Shown in pieces: positions 41,862 through 52,606 of a stretch of 64,000 nt of DNA (the stretch's first letter is position 1; every line of letters starts with the position of its first letter). A program made the translations under genes and the position numbers. A model generated the notes under the pieces. That model saw only the letters and a program-made list of their open reading frames with translations, ran no database searches and was not told where the DNA came from. Source of the stretch: an uncultured Chroococcidiopsis sp. GTDB taxonomy: Bacteria; Cyanobacteriota; Cyanobacteriia; Cyanobacteriales; Chroococcidiopsidaceae. The DNA lies in contig CAXTYC010000005.1 in NCBI GenBank assembly GCA_964248365.1, positions 109,531 through 173,530 of the forward strand, written 5' to 3'.

Positions 41862-42692
41862 ATGAATTTTCGTAGTTTAATGAGAACATACAACCGCCTC
41901 AGTTTACCGAAAAAGGTGGCTTGTGGTGTAGCTGCTTTTGCAGGCGTTGGGGCTTTGATTGGCATTCCTGTGCTTTCGCTCAATCCTGTCCGTCCCCCTA
42001 CTGTAATAAATGAAGATGCCTATTATAAAAGTCAGATAAAGGATCAAAGCCTAGGTGGGGAAAATATTGCACCTAGCCAGCCTGCCAATATCAACACCAC
42101 CGCCCCAGCTGAGATTCCGGTAGATTCTAGCCAGTCCGCCCAGATGCCTGTAGATTCTAGCAAGCCTGCCCAGATACCTATAGATTCTAGTAAGCCTGAT
42201 GATCTACCCATAGATTCTAGCAAGTCTGCAAGTATTTCAGGCTCTAATTCATCTTTGGGTAGCAATTCATTTGGACCTGACACTTCCGACATACCCAGCA
42301 ACATCGGGGAGAATTCACCACGATTATCAAGGATAGGTACTGCTGGCAATACCAACAACCCTTACAGCAAGTCCATGTCCAGTTCCTACACTCCTTCTGG
42401 TAGCTTATCAGCAAACCCCTATAATGCTTCTACCACTGTTTCTAGCCCTGGTAATACTACTTTAAATACTCGTTACAGCCTGCCCATCCCCGCCTCTGCT
42501 AATTCCTACAGCCTCCAACCTAGTCAAGGCAACGTGTATACTAAGCCCAACAGCGGGGCAGATTCTGACAGTCAGAAAAATTCTCTCCCAGCTGCTGGTA
42601 CGTTGTCAAGCACCACCAGCGGTGCTAGCGAAGATTCCAATCAGCCACTGCCAACTACTTCTGCTGGTAGTTCTAAGGGTGGGAATAGGTAA
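41862..42692 (+). CDS. Single-TM Ser/Pro-rich low-complexity protein with four 10-aa repeats
   Basis: TM VACGVAAFAGVGALIGIPVL; 30-bp tandem unit with GATTCTAG at 42123, 42153, 42183 and 42213. Confidence 0.7.
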   Translation: MNFRSLMRTYNRLSLPKKVACGVAAFAGVGALIGIPVLSLNPVRPPTVINEDAYYKSQIKDQSLGGENIAPSQPANINTTAPAEIPVDSSQSAQMPVDSSKPAQIPIDSSKPDDLPIDSSKSASISGSNSSLGSNSFGPDTSDIPSNIGENSPRLSRIGTAGNTNNPYSKSMSSSYTPSGSLSANPYNASTTVSSPGNTTLNTRYSLPIPASANSYSLQPSQGNVYTKPNSGADSDSQKNSLPAAGTLSSTTSGASEDSNQPLPTTSAGSSKGGNR

Positions 42693-42859
42693 TCAGGAGT
42701 CTTCGGAATCTTTTTGGCGTTGTAACAAAGTAAAGATAGTGTCACGCATAGACACGCAGCGGCTTCTCGCCCAGTAGACGCGCTCGTCGCTAAGTGAAAC
42801 AAAGAAGATTATTTGGAGAATTATGCAATGCCTCTTTTCGTAGGGTGGGCAATCCCTGA

Positions 42860-44587
42860 TTAAAAGCCTAAATCGGCTTTGGCTAATTCAGCAGCGGCGA
42901 AGACTTCGGCATCAGGTTTTTCTTCCCAGGCAACATCCCCAATTTCAGCATAGAATTGTTCGTCATAGGGTCGCGTCCGTACTACAACTGGCATAGGGAC
43001 AGCGTGACCTAAAATTAGAGCTTGTTGTTTAGAATCAAGTTTAGCTAGGACTGAGCGTAGACTTTGCCCCCCAGATACTCCTGTAAAGATTGCTTCAATG
43101 TCTTTTTCGTCATTGAGTAAGGCTGTGATGCGAGTACCAATCTGGGACATGACTTCATTATCAATGCCGGAGGGACGCTGGTCTACTACTAAGAGTGTGA
43201 CGAAGTATTTTCGCATCTCACGGGCGATTGTGCCAAAGATTGTTTGCCTGACTGTGGCAGTGTCAAGGAAGCGATGGGCTTCTTCAATTGTAATTACTAA
43301 TGGCAGGGGGCGATCGCTCGGATTTTTCGACTGCAAAAATTTCTCTGCTTTATGGACATAATGCTTGTGAATTCGGCGGGAAATCAAATTCGTTGCCAGC
43401 ATATACGACAACATATTAGATTGAGAACCAAATTCAATTACTACGTGTTTACCTGCACTCAAAGATTCCAAAATTTGATTGATGTAATTACGTGGGCATA
43501 CAGGGCGCATATAATTTAGTTCACTCAAGCGATTGAGTTTGCGCTGCAATGCCATGATTGATGACTTGTTACCTCGCTTCTCTTCACAGAACATCTGAAT
43601 TTCTTCATTAGTCATGCTTAATAACTGACTAATCCAAGCATCACCAAATTCACTGCGAAGGATAATGGCATTTTCTAAGCTGGCTTCCGAGAGATTTAAC
43701 TCATCTCGTGCCAGCATGATATCTTCGACATCAATTTGGTCGTAGCTAAGGTAAAGTTCTTGGGCATCCCGCACTCCCCGCCGCTTAGTGGATGCCGGAT
43801 CAAGGGTATACATTTGCACTTGACCTGGAAACAACTGGCGTAAACCTTTCACAGTGCTAAATTGTTTTCCCTCACGCACAGCTTCCCAGCCATACTCTGA
43901 GTGCATATCAAAAATTAGGTTAACCGCTGCTTGTTTGCGAATAATGCCACACAGCAACAGGCGGGTGAGAAAAGATTTGCCTGTACCAGATTTACCAAAA
44001 ACGCCGTTACTGCGTTCAACAAAACGGTCTAAGTCTATGCATATCGGTACATCCATGTCAAGTGGTTGACCGATCGCAAAGTTGCGGCGATGAGGATCAT
44101 CTTCCCAACCGAAGACAGCACGAAAATCCCGTTCACTAGCGTCATAAACCTGACTAAAGTGGCTGGGAATTGTCTTGACTGGCATCAATTCCATACTGGT
44201 GCTGCTTTGTGCTTGAAATGATGCTAAGGAAGAGGAGGTTGGGGAAGATTTTTGAGCTAGCTTCCAGTCACTCGCCTCTAGCCCCTCGTCTTCAGGCGTG
44301 AACATCAACATCGGGGTGAGGTTGATAGTGCCATACGTTCCACTACCCGCCAGAACTTCCCGCATAAAATCATCATTGGGGCTAGGCGGGTTGGCGACGA
44401 TGCGGTTGCTAGATGTTCCGAGTGCTACGTCAGTAAGCATACAGAAGAAACGCGATCGCACTCCTTCCACGACCAAAAATTTTCCTACCCGCATATCTTC
44501 GACCGAGACATCTGGGTGTAGACGCACCTCTAATCCTTGACTGAGAGAGCCTTGTGTAACTGAGCCTAAGGGTTGCTCTAAATTCAT
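42860..44587 (-). CDS. HerA-like ATPase (DUF87 type)
   Basis: GVFGKSGTGKS, IFDMHSEYG, ITIEEAHRF, AREMRKY, VDQRPS. Confidence 0.92.
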   Translation of the reverse strand: MNLEQPLGSVTQGSLSQGLEVRLHPDVSVEDMRVGKFLVVEGVRSRFFCMLTDVALGTSSNRIVANPPSPNDDFMREVLAGSGTYGTINLTPMLMFTPEDEGLEASDWKLAQKSSPTSSSLASFQAQSSTSMELMPVKTIPSHFSQVYDASERDFRAVFGWEDDPHRRNFAIGQPLDMDVPICIDLDRFVERSNGVFGKSGTGKSFLTRLLLCGIIRKQAAVNLIFDMHSEYGWEAVREGKQFSTVKGLRQLFPGQVQMYTLDPASTKRRGVRDAQELYLSYDQIDVEDIMLARDELNLSEASLENAIILRSEFGDAWISQLLSMTNEEIQMFCEEKRGNKSSIMALQRKLNRLSELNYMRPVCPRNYINQILESLSAGKHVVIEFGSQSNMLSYMLATNLISRRIHKHYVHKAEKFLQSKNPSDRPLPLVITIEEAHRFLDTATVRQTIFGTIAREMRKYFVTLLVVDQRPSGIDNEVMSQIGTRITALLNDEKDIEAIFTGVSGGQSLRSVLAKLDSKQQALILGHAVPMPVVVRTRPYDEQFYAEIGDVAWEEKPDAEVFAAAELAKADLGF

Positions 44588-44813
44588 AGTACTTGCGATC
44601 GCGTTATCCCTGGGCTTATCTTATAGTGCCTAGTGGCTGGTGGCTAGTGGTTAGCTAGGGGCTAGGGGCTAGAGAAAGCGGGAAAAAGGGAAAAGGCGCG
44701 CATACTAAAGGCTAAAGGGAAAACGATAAAGATTAAAATTTCACACTTCATCCTTCATCCTTTATACTTCATAGTTCCCTAGCCCCCAGATCCCAGCCTC
44801 TAGCCCCTCGCCT

Positions 44814-45605
44814 CTAGTCAATATTGATTGAAGTGGGTGCCGTCCTTGGTGTAGTGTATCCGGTTATTGGCTTACGATATTGGGCATAAAGGCGATCGCG
44901 CCAACTGAAAAACGGTTCATAAATCACACTATCAGCTAATCCTGGTATTCCCTTATCTCTTAGGGTTGCTGGTAGCTCCAGATATGGTCCATCGGGGAAC
45001 TTAATCAGCATGGATAAACCAGCCACTGCCAAATCTGCCAATGTCGGTTGATCTGAGATTAAAAAGGGACGTTCTGACAGCAGCAAACATAATGCTTCTA
45101 GGTCTTGCTTCAAGTCAGTTATGGCTGATTTTACAACATCTGGAGTATATCCCACCCCAAAACCGAGAACCTTGAGCAAATCACTTGGAATAACTTCGAC
45201 TAAATTCTTGAGGATATCAGGTGTCGTAGTGGGTAATAGAGACTTACGCAAATTTTGATCCTGACTAATTGCTCCAAACAGCGCCTTGCGACTTTTTATC
45301 CCAATCGATTCATCTGCCCACTCTTCCATCAGTAAACAAAGTCCTCGTTGTAGTGGATCTGTCGGAATTATAGGACGTTCAGGATACTGACGGTCTAGAT
45401 ACTTAGCAATTTCAGTTGAATCTGCCACTATCTGATTACCATCTTTTAGTACAGGTACTTGCCTTTGACCTGTCATTCGGAATAGTTCTACCTGTCCTAT
45501 GCCTGGGGTTACTTCAATTTTGCGGTATGTTAATCCTTTGTAGTCTAGTATTAAACGTACTTTTTCTGAGTACTGTGATAACTCAAATTGGTACAACTCC
45601 AGCAT
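44814..45605 (-). CDS. Glutathione S-transferase family protein
   Basis: SQYSEKVRLIL, QVPVL, DSTEIAKYL, PTLADLAV. Confidence 0.9.
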   Translation of the reverse strand: MLELYQFELSQYSEKVRLILDYKGLTYRKIEVTPGIGQVELFRMTGQRQVPVLKDGNQIVADSTEIAKYLDRQYPERPIIPTDPLQRGLCLLMEEWADESIGIKSRKALFGAISQDQNLRKSLLPTTTPDILKNLVEVIPSDLLKVLGFGVGYTPDVVKSAITDLKQDLEALCLLLSERPFLISDQPTLADLAVAGLSMLIKFPDGPYLELPATLRDKGIPGLADSVIYEPFFSWRDRLYAQYRKPITGYTTPRTAPTSINID

Positions 45606-45855
45606 TTTGTCTCTCCTTTGACTAGTTTTTGATCATTTTCAAAAGTTAGATTGACCCAGCTGCTAGCAATACTATGAATCTTGACAGAAATTCTTTGTAC
45701 ACGCAAAAAAAGCCAGTATAGACACAATTCTACATACTAAACTCTACCCATGTGGGTACTAAGGGTTGAATCAGGTTATTTGTCGTCTTCACGTTCATCT
45801 GTTTAAAGAGCTTGCTACCTACTAACTGATAATTGCTTTTTCCAGTAAAACAATA

Positions 45856-45881
45856 CTCCCCCAGTGTTGCTTCTGGGGGAG
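45856..45881 (-). terminator. Stem-loop terminator candidate
   Basis: CTCCCCCAG / CTGGGGGAG stem downstream of the GlsB/YeaQ gene. Confidence 0.5.
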
Positions 45882-45918
45882 AGAAAATCAATATTTACAA
45901 ATCGGCTATTATTATCTC

Positions 45919-46200
45919 TTAGGCTGTGCGACGGGTAATTAATCCCCAGATGAAAAGTAGGATAATTGCGCCAAGTACTGCAAAGATAATACTACCAATG
46001 CTGAATGCTCCTGCTGCTGCTCCTGCTGCTCCCGCACTATACGGGAATATAGCCTGACCTAGCCAACCTCCAACTAAAGCACCCAAAATACCTAGAATAA
46101 TTGTTGCTAAAATTCCGCCACCTTGATGACCTGGATAAATAGCTTTGGCAATAGCTCCAGCAATTAGTCCTAAAACAATCCAAGCTAGTAGATTCAACAT
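45919..46200 (-). CDS. GlsB/YeaQ/YmgE family stress-response membrane protein
   Basis: WIVLGLIAGAIAK..PG..GG...ILGILGALVGGWL...AVLGAIILL. Confidence 0.92.
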   Translation of the reverse strand: MLNLLAWIVLGLIAGAIAKAIYPGHQGGGILATIILGILGALVGGWLGQAIFPYSAGAAGAAAGAFSIGSIIFAVLGAIILLFIWGLITRRTA

Positions 46201-46802
46201 AATTCTTACTCCTTAATTTCAAATTGAAATTTGTTTGTTTTGTTATGTATAACCTATCACTACACTTTTTCCTTTTCTATCTACCGCAGGTAGGAATCTA
46301 AACAAATATAAATCAATAACTGGGTTGACTCGGAAATTTGTGTAATCATTCTAAATTTATCGCTGTGTAGTTTAATTGTGTTCTGCCAATAGCAATAGAA
46401 AATCCAAAGATTAAAAAGATTATTTGCCAATCAAAATACTTATTTCGATAGAGTTAATAAACGTGCCACAAATATCAACTGCTGCTGCGAAGATATAACT
46501 TTTGGACTATTCACATTTAACTTTAGCTAGTAAAAATTTAACCCAACAGTAAAGATAATGGCGTAGACGCTTGGGAAACCTGTTTATCAAACATCGCACT
46601 GTCTGGGAACTAGCCCTCTATCCTCTCGTCACCTCAACAGACAAGTAATATCATCAACAATAGCGATCAATGAACCCCACCAGTGAACAGTAAACAGTAA
46701 ACCTCTACCTGAAATTGATAAGTGATAACTGATAACTGGTAACTGGTAACTGATCAATGTTATAAAACTTAAAACTCAAAGGAAAAATAGAGGAAAGTAA
46801 AA

Positions 46803-47495
46803 GTGAGGAAAGTACAAAGTTACAATAGATTGCTCAAGCTATTGGTTAGCCTGGTAGGAATGGTAAATGCTAGCATCCTCGTCAGCTTGCCAGCCGGAGC
46901 GCAGCAGTCAGGCGGGGCAGTCAATCCTCGACCAAGTATTTTTAACGAACCTCCATATAATCGTTCTCGTACACCTGCACCAGCGCCAGCTTCCCCTACT
47001 ACGCCCTCACCTGCACCAGCGCCAGCTGCCCCTACTACGCCTGCACCTGCCCCAGAGGGAGCAACTCAACCCTCAAATCAGAATGTAGTAGCTCTCGCCG
47101 CATCGAATGATTCTTTCAAAACTCTTACAGCAGCTTTGAAAGCAGCAGGATTGACAGAAACACTATCAGGAAAAGGTCCTTTTACAATTTTCGCACCGAC
47201 AGATGCAGCATTTGCCGCTCTACCCCAGGATGCGCTGCAAGAGTTGTTAAAGCCAGAAAATAAGGACATCTTAATCAAGATTTTGAGTTACCACGTAGTT
47301 CCTGGTAATGTCACATCAGGAGATCTCAAACCAGGTGAAGTCAAAACTGTTGAAGGCGGTGCAGTTAACGTTAAAGTTGATCCGGCTAAGAAGAGTGTGA
47401 CCGTAAATGACGCTAACGTCGTTCAACCAGATCTTAAAGCCAGTAATGGTGTTATTCATGCAATTGATAAGGTGATATTGCCACCTGACCTATAG
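46803..47495 (+). CDS. Secreted fasciclin (FAS1) domain protein
   Basis: Signal peptide, Pro/Ala linker, GPFTIFAPTDAAF, LSYHVV, NGVIHAIDKVI. Confidence 0.93.
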   Translation: MRKVQSYNRLLKLLVSLVGMVNASILVSLPAGAQQSGGAVNPRPSIFNEPPYNRSRTPAPAPASPTTPSPAPAPAAPTTPAPAPEGATQPSNQNVVALAASNDSFKTLTAALKAAGLTETLSGKGPFTIFAPTDAAFAALPQDALQELLKPENKDILIKILSYHVVPGNVTSGDLKPGEVKTVEGGAVNVKVDPAKKSVTVNDANVVQPDLKASNGVIHAIDKVILPPDL

Positions 47496-47538
47496 CCTAT
47501 AGATAGATAGGTTTGAATAATGGTTGAATAAGATAAAT

Positions 47539-47571
47539 CCCGCTCAAATGTAGATTTGGGCGGGGCTTTTT
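47539..47571 (+). terminator. Rho-independent terminator
   Basis: CCCGCTCAAAT / ATTTGGGCGGG stem followed by TTTTT. Confidence 0.7.
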
Positions 47572-47940
47572 CTACTCATTCGTAGATTTCTTGCACGAAT
47601 ATATTGTAGGGGCGCTCCTGACTCAAAATATTTCAAGAGTTAGGCAGTTGGAGTGAGCAAGTAGCGATCTTGAGCTAGATATGCGCGTACAGCTAATGCC
47701 TGTACTTAAACATTGATTTAGTAAATGGCAGGTAGTAGCAAGTAGGTGAGTTTGATAAATAAATAACCAGATTCTTCAAGAGTAAAAGCCAATTTTTTAA
47801 AAGAGTAAAAGTATCTAGATAAAGCAGGCGTTGCGATCGCCCAAACCTAAAGCAGTATTCTAAATGACACAATCAGATGCCAAATTGATATATTAAAGTT
47901 TTACAAGCTAAATGTCTTTTAATGGCATTGCGATCGCCCA

Positions 47941-48075
47941 TTTGGAGCAGGCATTACTATACTGACTGGACGCAGCATTTTCTATTCTGGAACTCGTCAG
48001 GTAATCTTTGGTTTCACAGCAGCAGGAATAACTTTTGCCATTGGGCGATTAATTGGAGTTGCCGTGGGTAGCTGA
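47941..48075 (+). pseudogene. C-terminal remnant of a VIT1/CCC1-family transporter
   Basis: FGAGITILTGRSIFYSGTRQVIFGFTAAGITFAIGRLIGVAVGS* resembles the VIT1 C-terminal helices; no recognisable gene body upstream. Confidence 0.65.
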
Positions 48076-48270
48076 AGCTAGCTTTCTGTAGCTAGCCTCG
48101 ATTTGAACGCCTATACATTAAATTCGCGCGTCTGCGCAGATGTCCAACTCCTTTTGGTTTCTCCAACTTTATGCTTTTAATAATAAGATCCTGGCAGCAA
48201 ATGCTTAACTTCATTGCCGAGTATTCTTACCTTTATTTTTACCAAAAGTATGATTTTTAATTTTCTTATA

Positions 48271-48912
48271 CTATTTACTGTTGGTCCCTGTCGAACCGGA
48301 AGTGCTGCCACTGGGGAGTCCCTGAGCAAGTTGCAAATGCTGCTGCTGTACTGGTAAGGTTTGAGCTATAAAGGACTGAATATCTGGGTCCTTGATTGAA
48401 CTTGAAGCACGCTGTAAATCTTGGACATCACTTTGATTGGCTTGTGCTGTTTCCTGCGTGTACTGGCGATCGAACTGGCTACCTTGCAGTCGCATTAACC
48501 GCCTGAGCTTAGAGCTACCTTCTTTATCGAGAGTAACTGGTAATTCCACTTGTTTCTGACGAGCTAGCTGCATCAATTGCTTATTGTACTGGGCGTGGTC
48601 ATCCATCAGGCGCAAGGCGTACTGTACCACTTGAGGATTTTGTGCTTTCTGTACGGCTAGTTGGGCGGATGCATACTCCAAAAGGCTATCTTGGGCAGAT
48701 TTTCTCAAAAATTCCTTGTCTGAGGAACTCAGTGCAGACATCCCGCTTTGGTTTGGCTGCTGCCCAGACTGGGTTGGCACTTGCTGTTGTGTGGGCATTT
48801 GCTGCATACTACCACCTTGTCCTTGGCTTTGCTGTGCGATGGCAGCTCCTGTTCCCAGTGCTAAAAAGACACCAGTAGCTATTAGGGTAGTGAATTTGTT
48901 AAGTCTCATCAT
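48271..48912 (-). CDS. Secreted DUF4142 (ferritin-like) protein
   Basis: Signal peptide; DKEFLRKSAQ..E..AQLAVQKAQNPQV..YA.RLMDDH; FDRQY; TLPVQQQHLQLA. Confidence 0.88.
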   Translation of the reverse strand: MMRLNKFTTLIATGVFLALGTGAAIAQQSQGQGGSMQQMPTQQQVPTQSGQQPNQSGMSALSSSDKEFLRKSAQDSLLEYASAQLAVQKAQNPQVVQYALRLMDDHAQYNKQLMQLARQKQVELPVTLDKEGSSKLRRLMRLQGSQFDRQYTQETAQANQSDVQDLQRASSSIKDPDIQSFIAQTLPVQQQHLQLAQGLPSGSTSGSTGTNSK

Positions 48913-49535
48913 TTAATTTCGGATTCAGATTTAAGGTTTGCCATTGTTTTCCATTTTTGTCCAAAAAAATTGCACATACCTCCGCTCAAAGTTTGAGATT
49001 TTATCCTCTTATAGCTAGATAATTTAAAAAAAACACAAAAGTTTCTCCAACCACAGCAAGGCAGCACCAATTTCAAAAGCTCAGTTATTCTAGCACTTAG
49101 TCAATAAATTGCTTAAGCAAATTTACGCATAAATTTATATTTATACGTAAAAATTAACAAGCTCGATAGACAGATTGCTAGAATGTAGTTCTAACAACAC
49201 AATAATACAAAGAAATTATAAGAATTGGCGATATTTTGGCTGAACACGATCTGTCAGTCTGCTTTGGTATGGAGAAAATGTTATGGTTAGCGATCGCGTC
49301 AGAAAAATCGCAGACTTCCCAACCGAGTATTGCGATCGCTTCAAACTTGAACCACTAGCACCTTAGTGTAAGGTGGATCTTACTTTTGAGGGTTTAGCTA
49401 GCTCTTGCCGACTGGCAATCTCTCGATGCAAGATCTGAGATAGTAAAGGATCTATGCTAATTTCAGTTGATAAATCAACCTGTTGGCTGGGTGTCTAATT
49501 GCCCCCATGCTGAGGAACGATTAAAGGTTACAAAG

Positions 49536-50007
49536 TTAAAGGGAATCAGAAACAATACACACTCTTCCATACTTTTTTTAGCATCGGTGTAATCGCTTCT
49601 ACTACGCTAACGCTGCTACTATGTGTCCACCAAAGGGTATGGGCGCGTTGTGTGAGAAAAGAACTAGCAGTAATAAAAGTGACAGCACTGATAGATCCAT
49701 AAGTTGCGGCGATCGCCTCAGCATTATATGCATCAAGTTTTATTTTCAGAACAAAGAATGAGTACATAAGTACAACACAAGCCATAAATGTAGCACCGAT
49801 GAGTGTAAGTATAATTTCTGGATTGATTTCACTTTCTTGCAGTTCATTTCCTCCCTTAAAACCAATCAAAAGTAACAGATAAAGTGAAAAAATTTTTGGC
49901 ATTTGAGGAATTTGTAAATCATATTTTAGCAAAATAGCCAGCCTTCCCAAAAAGAAAAACAGCACTGGCAAATTCAATATATTAGACAGGAGCAGGCTTA
50001 TGTTCAT
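49536..50007 (-). pseudogene. sbtA: Truncated SbtA-family Na+/bicarbonate permease fused to a PII-like (SbtB-type) C-terminal remnant
   Basis: SLYLLLLIGFKGG and AIAATYGSISAVTF, then a frameshift to IPFGGHIVAALA, then abruptly VVEAITPMLKK/YGRVCIVSDS. Confidence 0.8.
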
Positions 50008-50458
50008 CTCTAATATTTCTATTGTTTGGATTGCTCAGAACTCAAATAATTCTAATTTTAATATAAGGAAATTGGGAAGTAAAATCAAGTATTAATAATT
50101 TTATTTAAATGTATTCTATAACTATGATAATGGTGAAATAATTATGTGCCAGTTTTGTGTCATCAGCATAAAAAATTATCTCGAAAACAAAGCTTATACT
50201 TTAAATATGGCGGTTTTAAACTGATTTACTATTTCAACAATTAGAGCAAAGCAAGGCATACAAACATTACTTTCCAATGTGAATGAAAGGGTAAAAAGGT
50301 ATTGCGGTAAAGGGTAAAGGGAAATGTACACTATGGCAAGCAGGGTAAGAGTGAGGCGGCTTTCGCTGCTGTACGATCAAATAATTTAACTCCTTTTAGA
50401 TTGAATCAAAAGAAGTTAATACAAAATAGAAATATGTAACCAACATTGACGGGGTAAT

Positions 50459-51652
50459 ATGAAACTAAGTCTCTGCATGATTGTCAAAAATGAAGAAATA
50501 GCATTACCCAAGTGTCTTAGCAGTGTTAAAGAAGTGGTAAATGAAATAGTAGTTTTAGATACAGGATCGACCGATCGCACGGTCGAAATTGCTCAACATA
50601 AGGGTGCGAAAGTTTATCATTTTGACTGGTGCAATGACTTCAGTGCAGCCCGAAATCAAGCTTTGAATTATGTTACAGGAGACTGGATTCTCGTTTTAGA
50701 TGCAGATGAAACTCTCACAGCAGAAATTGTGCCGCATTTGCAGCAAGCGATATTAAGCGATCGCTACCTGGTAATTAATTTACTACGGCAGGAAGTCGGT
50801 GCGGCACAATCTCCTTATTCTCTCGTTTCTCGCCTATTTCGCCGTCACCCAAATATTTACTTTTCGCGCCCTTACCATGCTTTGATAGATGATAGTGTTG
50901 CCCAAATTTTGAATCAAGAAGCGAGGTGGCAAATAGGCTATTTACCACAAGTAGCAATTCTACATTCAGGATATCAACTGTGTGCGATCGCCCAAAAAGA
51001 CAAATGGGAGAAGGCGGCGAAGACAATGGAAGGTTTTCTGGCACATCATCCCACAGATCCTTATGTGTGCTGCAAACTAGGAGCATTGTACGTTGAATCT
51101 GGAAAGATCGAGCAAGGAATTGAATTGTTAGAACGAGGACTTAGTTCTAACAAACTTGATGTTCAGATTCTCTACGAACTCCATTATCATTTAGGTATTG
51201 CCTACAATAAGTTACACAATTGGCAACAAGCGATCGCCCATTATCAAGCAGGGATCAATTTAGATATCTATCCCATGCTTAAACTAGGAGCATACAACAA
51301 TTTAGGTAACTTGCAGCGAACAGTTGGAGAACTGTCGGCTGCTAAAACAACCTATGAGATGACTTTGCAGATCGATCCTAATTTCGCCGCAGGTTATTAT
51401 AATTTAGGTATAACTTTGAAGGCAATGGGGCTTTTTACTGATGCGATCGCCGCCTATAAACAAGCAATAAAGCTAAATCCTAGCTATGCCCAAGCGTATC
51501 AAAATTTGGGAGTAGTCCTACTGAAAGTAGGTAATATAACAGAGAGTATGGCAGCATTTAAATCTGCGATCGCACTTTATCAAAGCCAAAACTCAACCGA
51601 AGCAAATCGACTACGCCAAAGTTTGCAAGAAATGGGTTTTAATAATTGGTAG
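50459..51652 (+). CDS. GT2 glycosyltransferase with TPR repeats
   Basis: LSLCMIVKNEE, DTGSTD, DFSAARN, LDADE; C-terminal TPRs (AYNNLG, YYNLG). Confidence 0.93.
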   Translation: MKLSLCMIVKNEEIALPKCLSSVKEVVNEIVVLDTGSTDRTVEIAQHKGAKVYHFDWCNDFSAARNQALNYVTGDWILVLDADETLTAEIVPHLQQAILSDRYLVINLLRQEVGAAQSPYSLVSRLFRRHPNIYFSRPYHALIDDSVAQILNQEARWQIGYLPQVAILHSGYQLCAIAQKDKWEKAAKTMEGFLAHHPTDPYVCCKLGALYVESGKIEQGIELLERGLSSNKLDVQILYELHYHLGIAYNKLHNWQQAIAHYQAGINLDIYPMLKLGAYNNLGNLQRTVGELSAAKTTYEMTLQIDPNFAAGYYNLGITLKAMGLFTDAIAAYKQAIKLNPSYAQAYQNLGVVLLKVGNITESMAAFKSAIALYQSQNSTEANRLRQSLQEMGFNNW

Positions 51653-51806
51653 TTGGTAATTCGGAAGGCTAGAGGCAAGAGGCAAGAGGCGCTCATGCGA
51701 GAGGATTTTGGATTGAAAGAACTCCCCAGAAAGCCCCCTTGCTCCCTTGCTCCCTTGCCCCTAGCCCCTAGCTATAGCGCCTCTAGCCCCTAGCCCCTCT
51801 TAAGCG

Positions 51807-52370
51807 ATGCTGATTAGCTTGGAAATGCGTTGGTTTTATCCAGGTAAGCTACCCGAAGCGATTTCAGAAAAATTCGAGCAAGACGCATTAGGTGGAAAAA
51901 TGCAACCACCAGAGGAACGCTCAGACATATATCTTTACTCCCCTGAATGTGAATATCTCGGAATTAAATTGCGACAAGGGCGACTGGAAATCAAATGGCG
52001 CAATGCCCAATTAGGTATCGTGCGTTGCAAAGAACGAGTAGAAGGCAAGTTAGAAAAATGGGGCAAGTGGGAGTGTGAAGATCCTACTGAAGAAAGCTTT
52101 AGACCAGAAGTTGTGATGGGAAAATCCTGGGTGAGTGTAAAAAAGGTGCGATCGCAGCGCATATATGATGATTGTACGCTCGAACTTACTCAACTAAACA
52201 TTAAGGGTAATGATTGGTGGACTCTTGGTTTTGAAACTGTTGGTGCAGAAGCTAGCAAGATGAATCAGTTGCAAAATCTAGCCACTGAGGTATTTCAAAG
52301 TTATGCTGATTTAGAATTGACAAATAGTAATTCTTATGCATATCCACACTGGTTGTCTATAGTTGTCTAA
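51807..52370 (+). CDS. Hypothetical protein, CYTH-like
   Basis: EMRWF, RSDIYL, KLRQGRLEIK, VKKVR, ELT, GFE. Confidence 0.7.
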   Translation: MLISLEMRWFYPGKLPEAISEKFEQDALGGKMQPPEERSDIYLYSPECEYLGIKLRQGRLEIKWRNAQLGIVRCKERVEGKLEKWGKWECEDPTEESFRPEVVMGKSWVSVKKVRSQRIYDDCTLELTQLNIKGNDWWTLGFETVGAEASKMNQLQNLATEVFQSYADLELTNSNSYAYPHWLSIVV

Positions 52371-52606
52371 ATTGGGGGCATCTGGCAAGGCTCAGCTCTT
52401 ACTTTCAGGTTAAATCGCGCTTGACTCAGACTGACTAATGCAATTGGGAAGCAAGTAAGATTCCCAGGCGTTCGATGAGAGTTGCGTACGCGAAGCGTTG
52501 CCGCCGACATCGCTCCACCTGGAAAAATTTCAGATGGATATTGTGGCTGTATCTGGACAAAAACGATAATTTGAGGAATAGCCAGACTAAAAATATTCAA
52601 AGCTGC

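Noticed and set aside
42860..44587. HerA as part of an anti-phage system (SIR2-HerA or nuclease-HerA)
   Set aside because: No adjacent sirtuin or nuclease partner. Its composition and HIP1 content look native, fitting the housekeeping HerA-like type.
49230..49440. Possible further gene relic between DUF4142 and sbtA
   Set aside because: It contains two HIP1 sites and a repeat end, but no frame I translated gave a recognisable peptide.
52367..52600. 77-aa minus-strand ORF
   Set aside because: It has a TTG start, no recognisable motif and includes a short dispersed repeat; I cannot support it as a gene, though it is not excluded.
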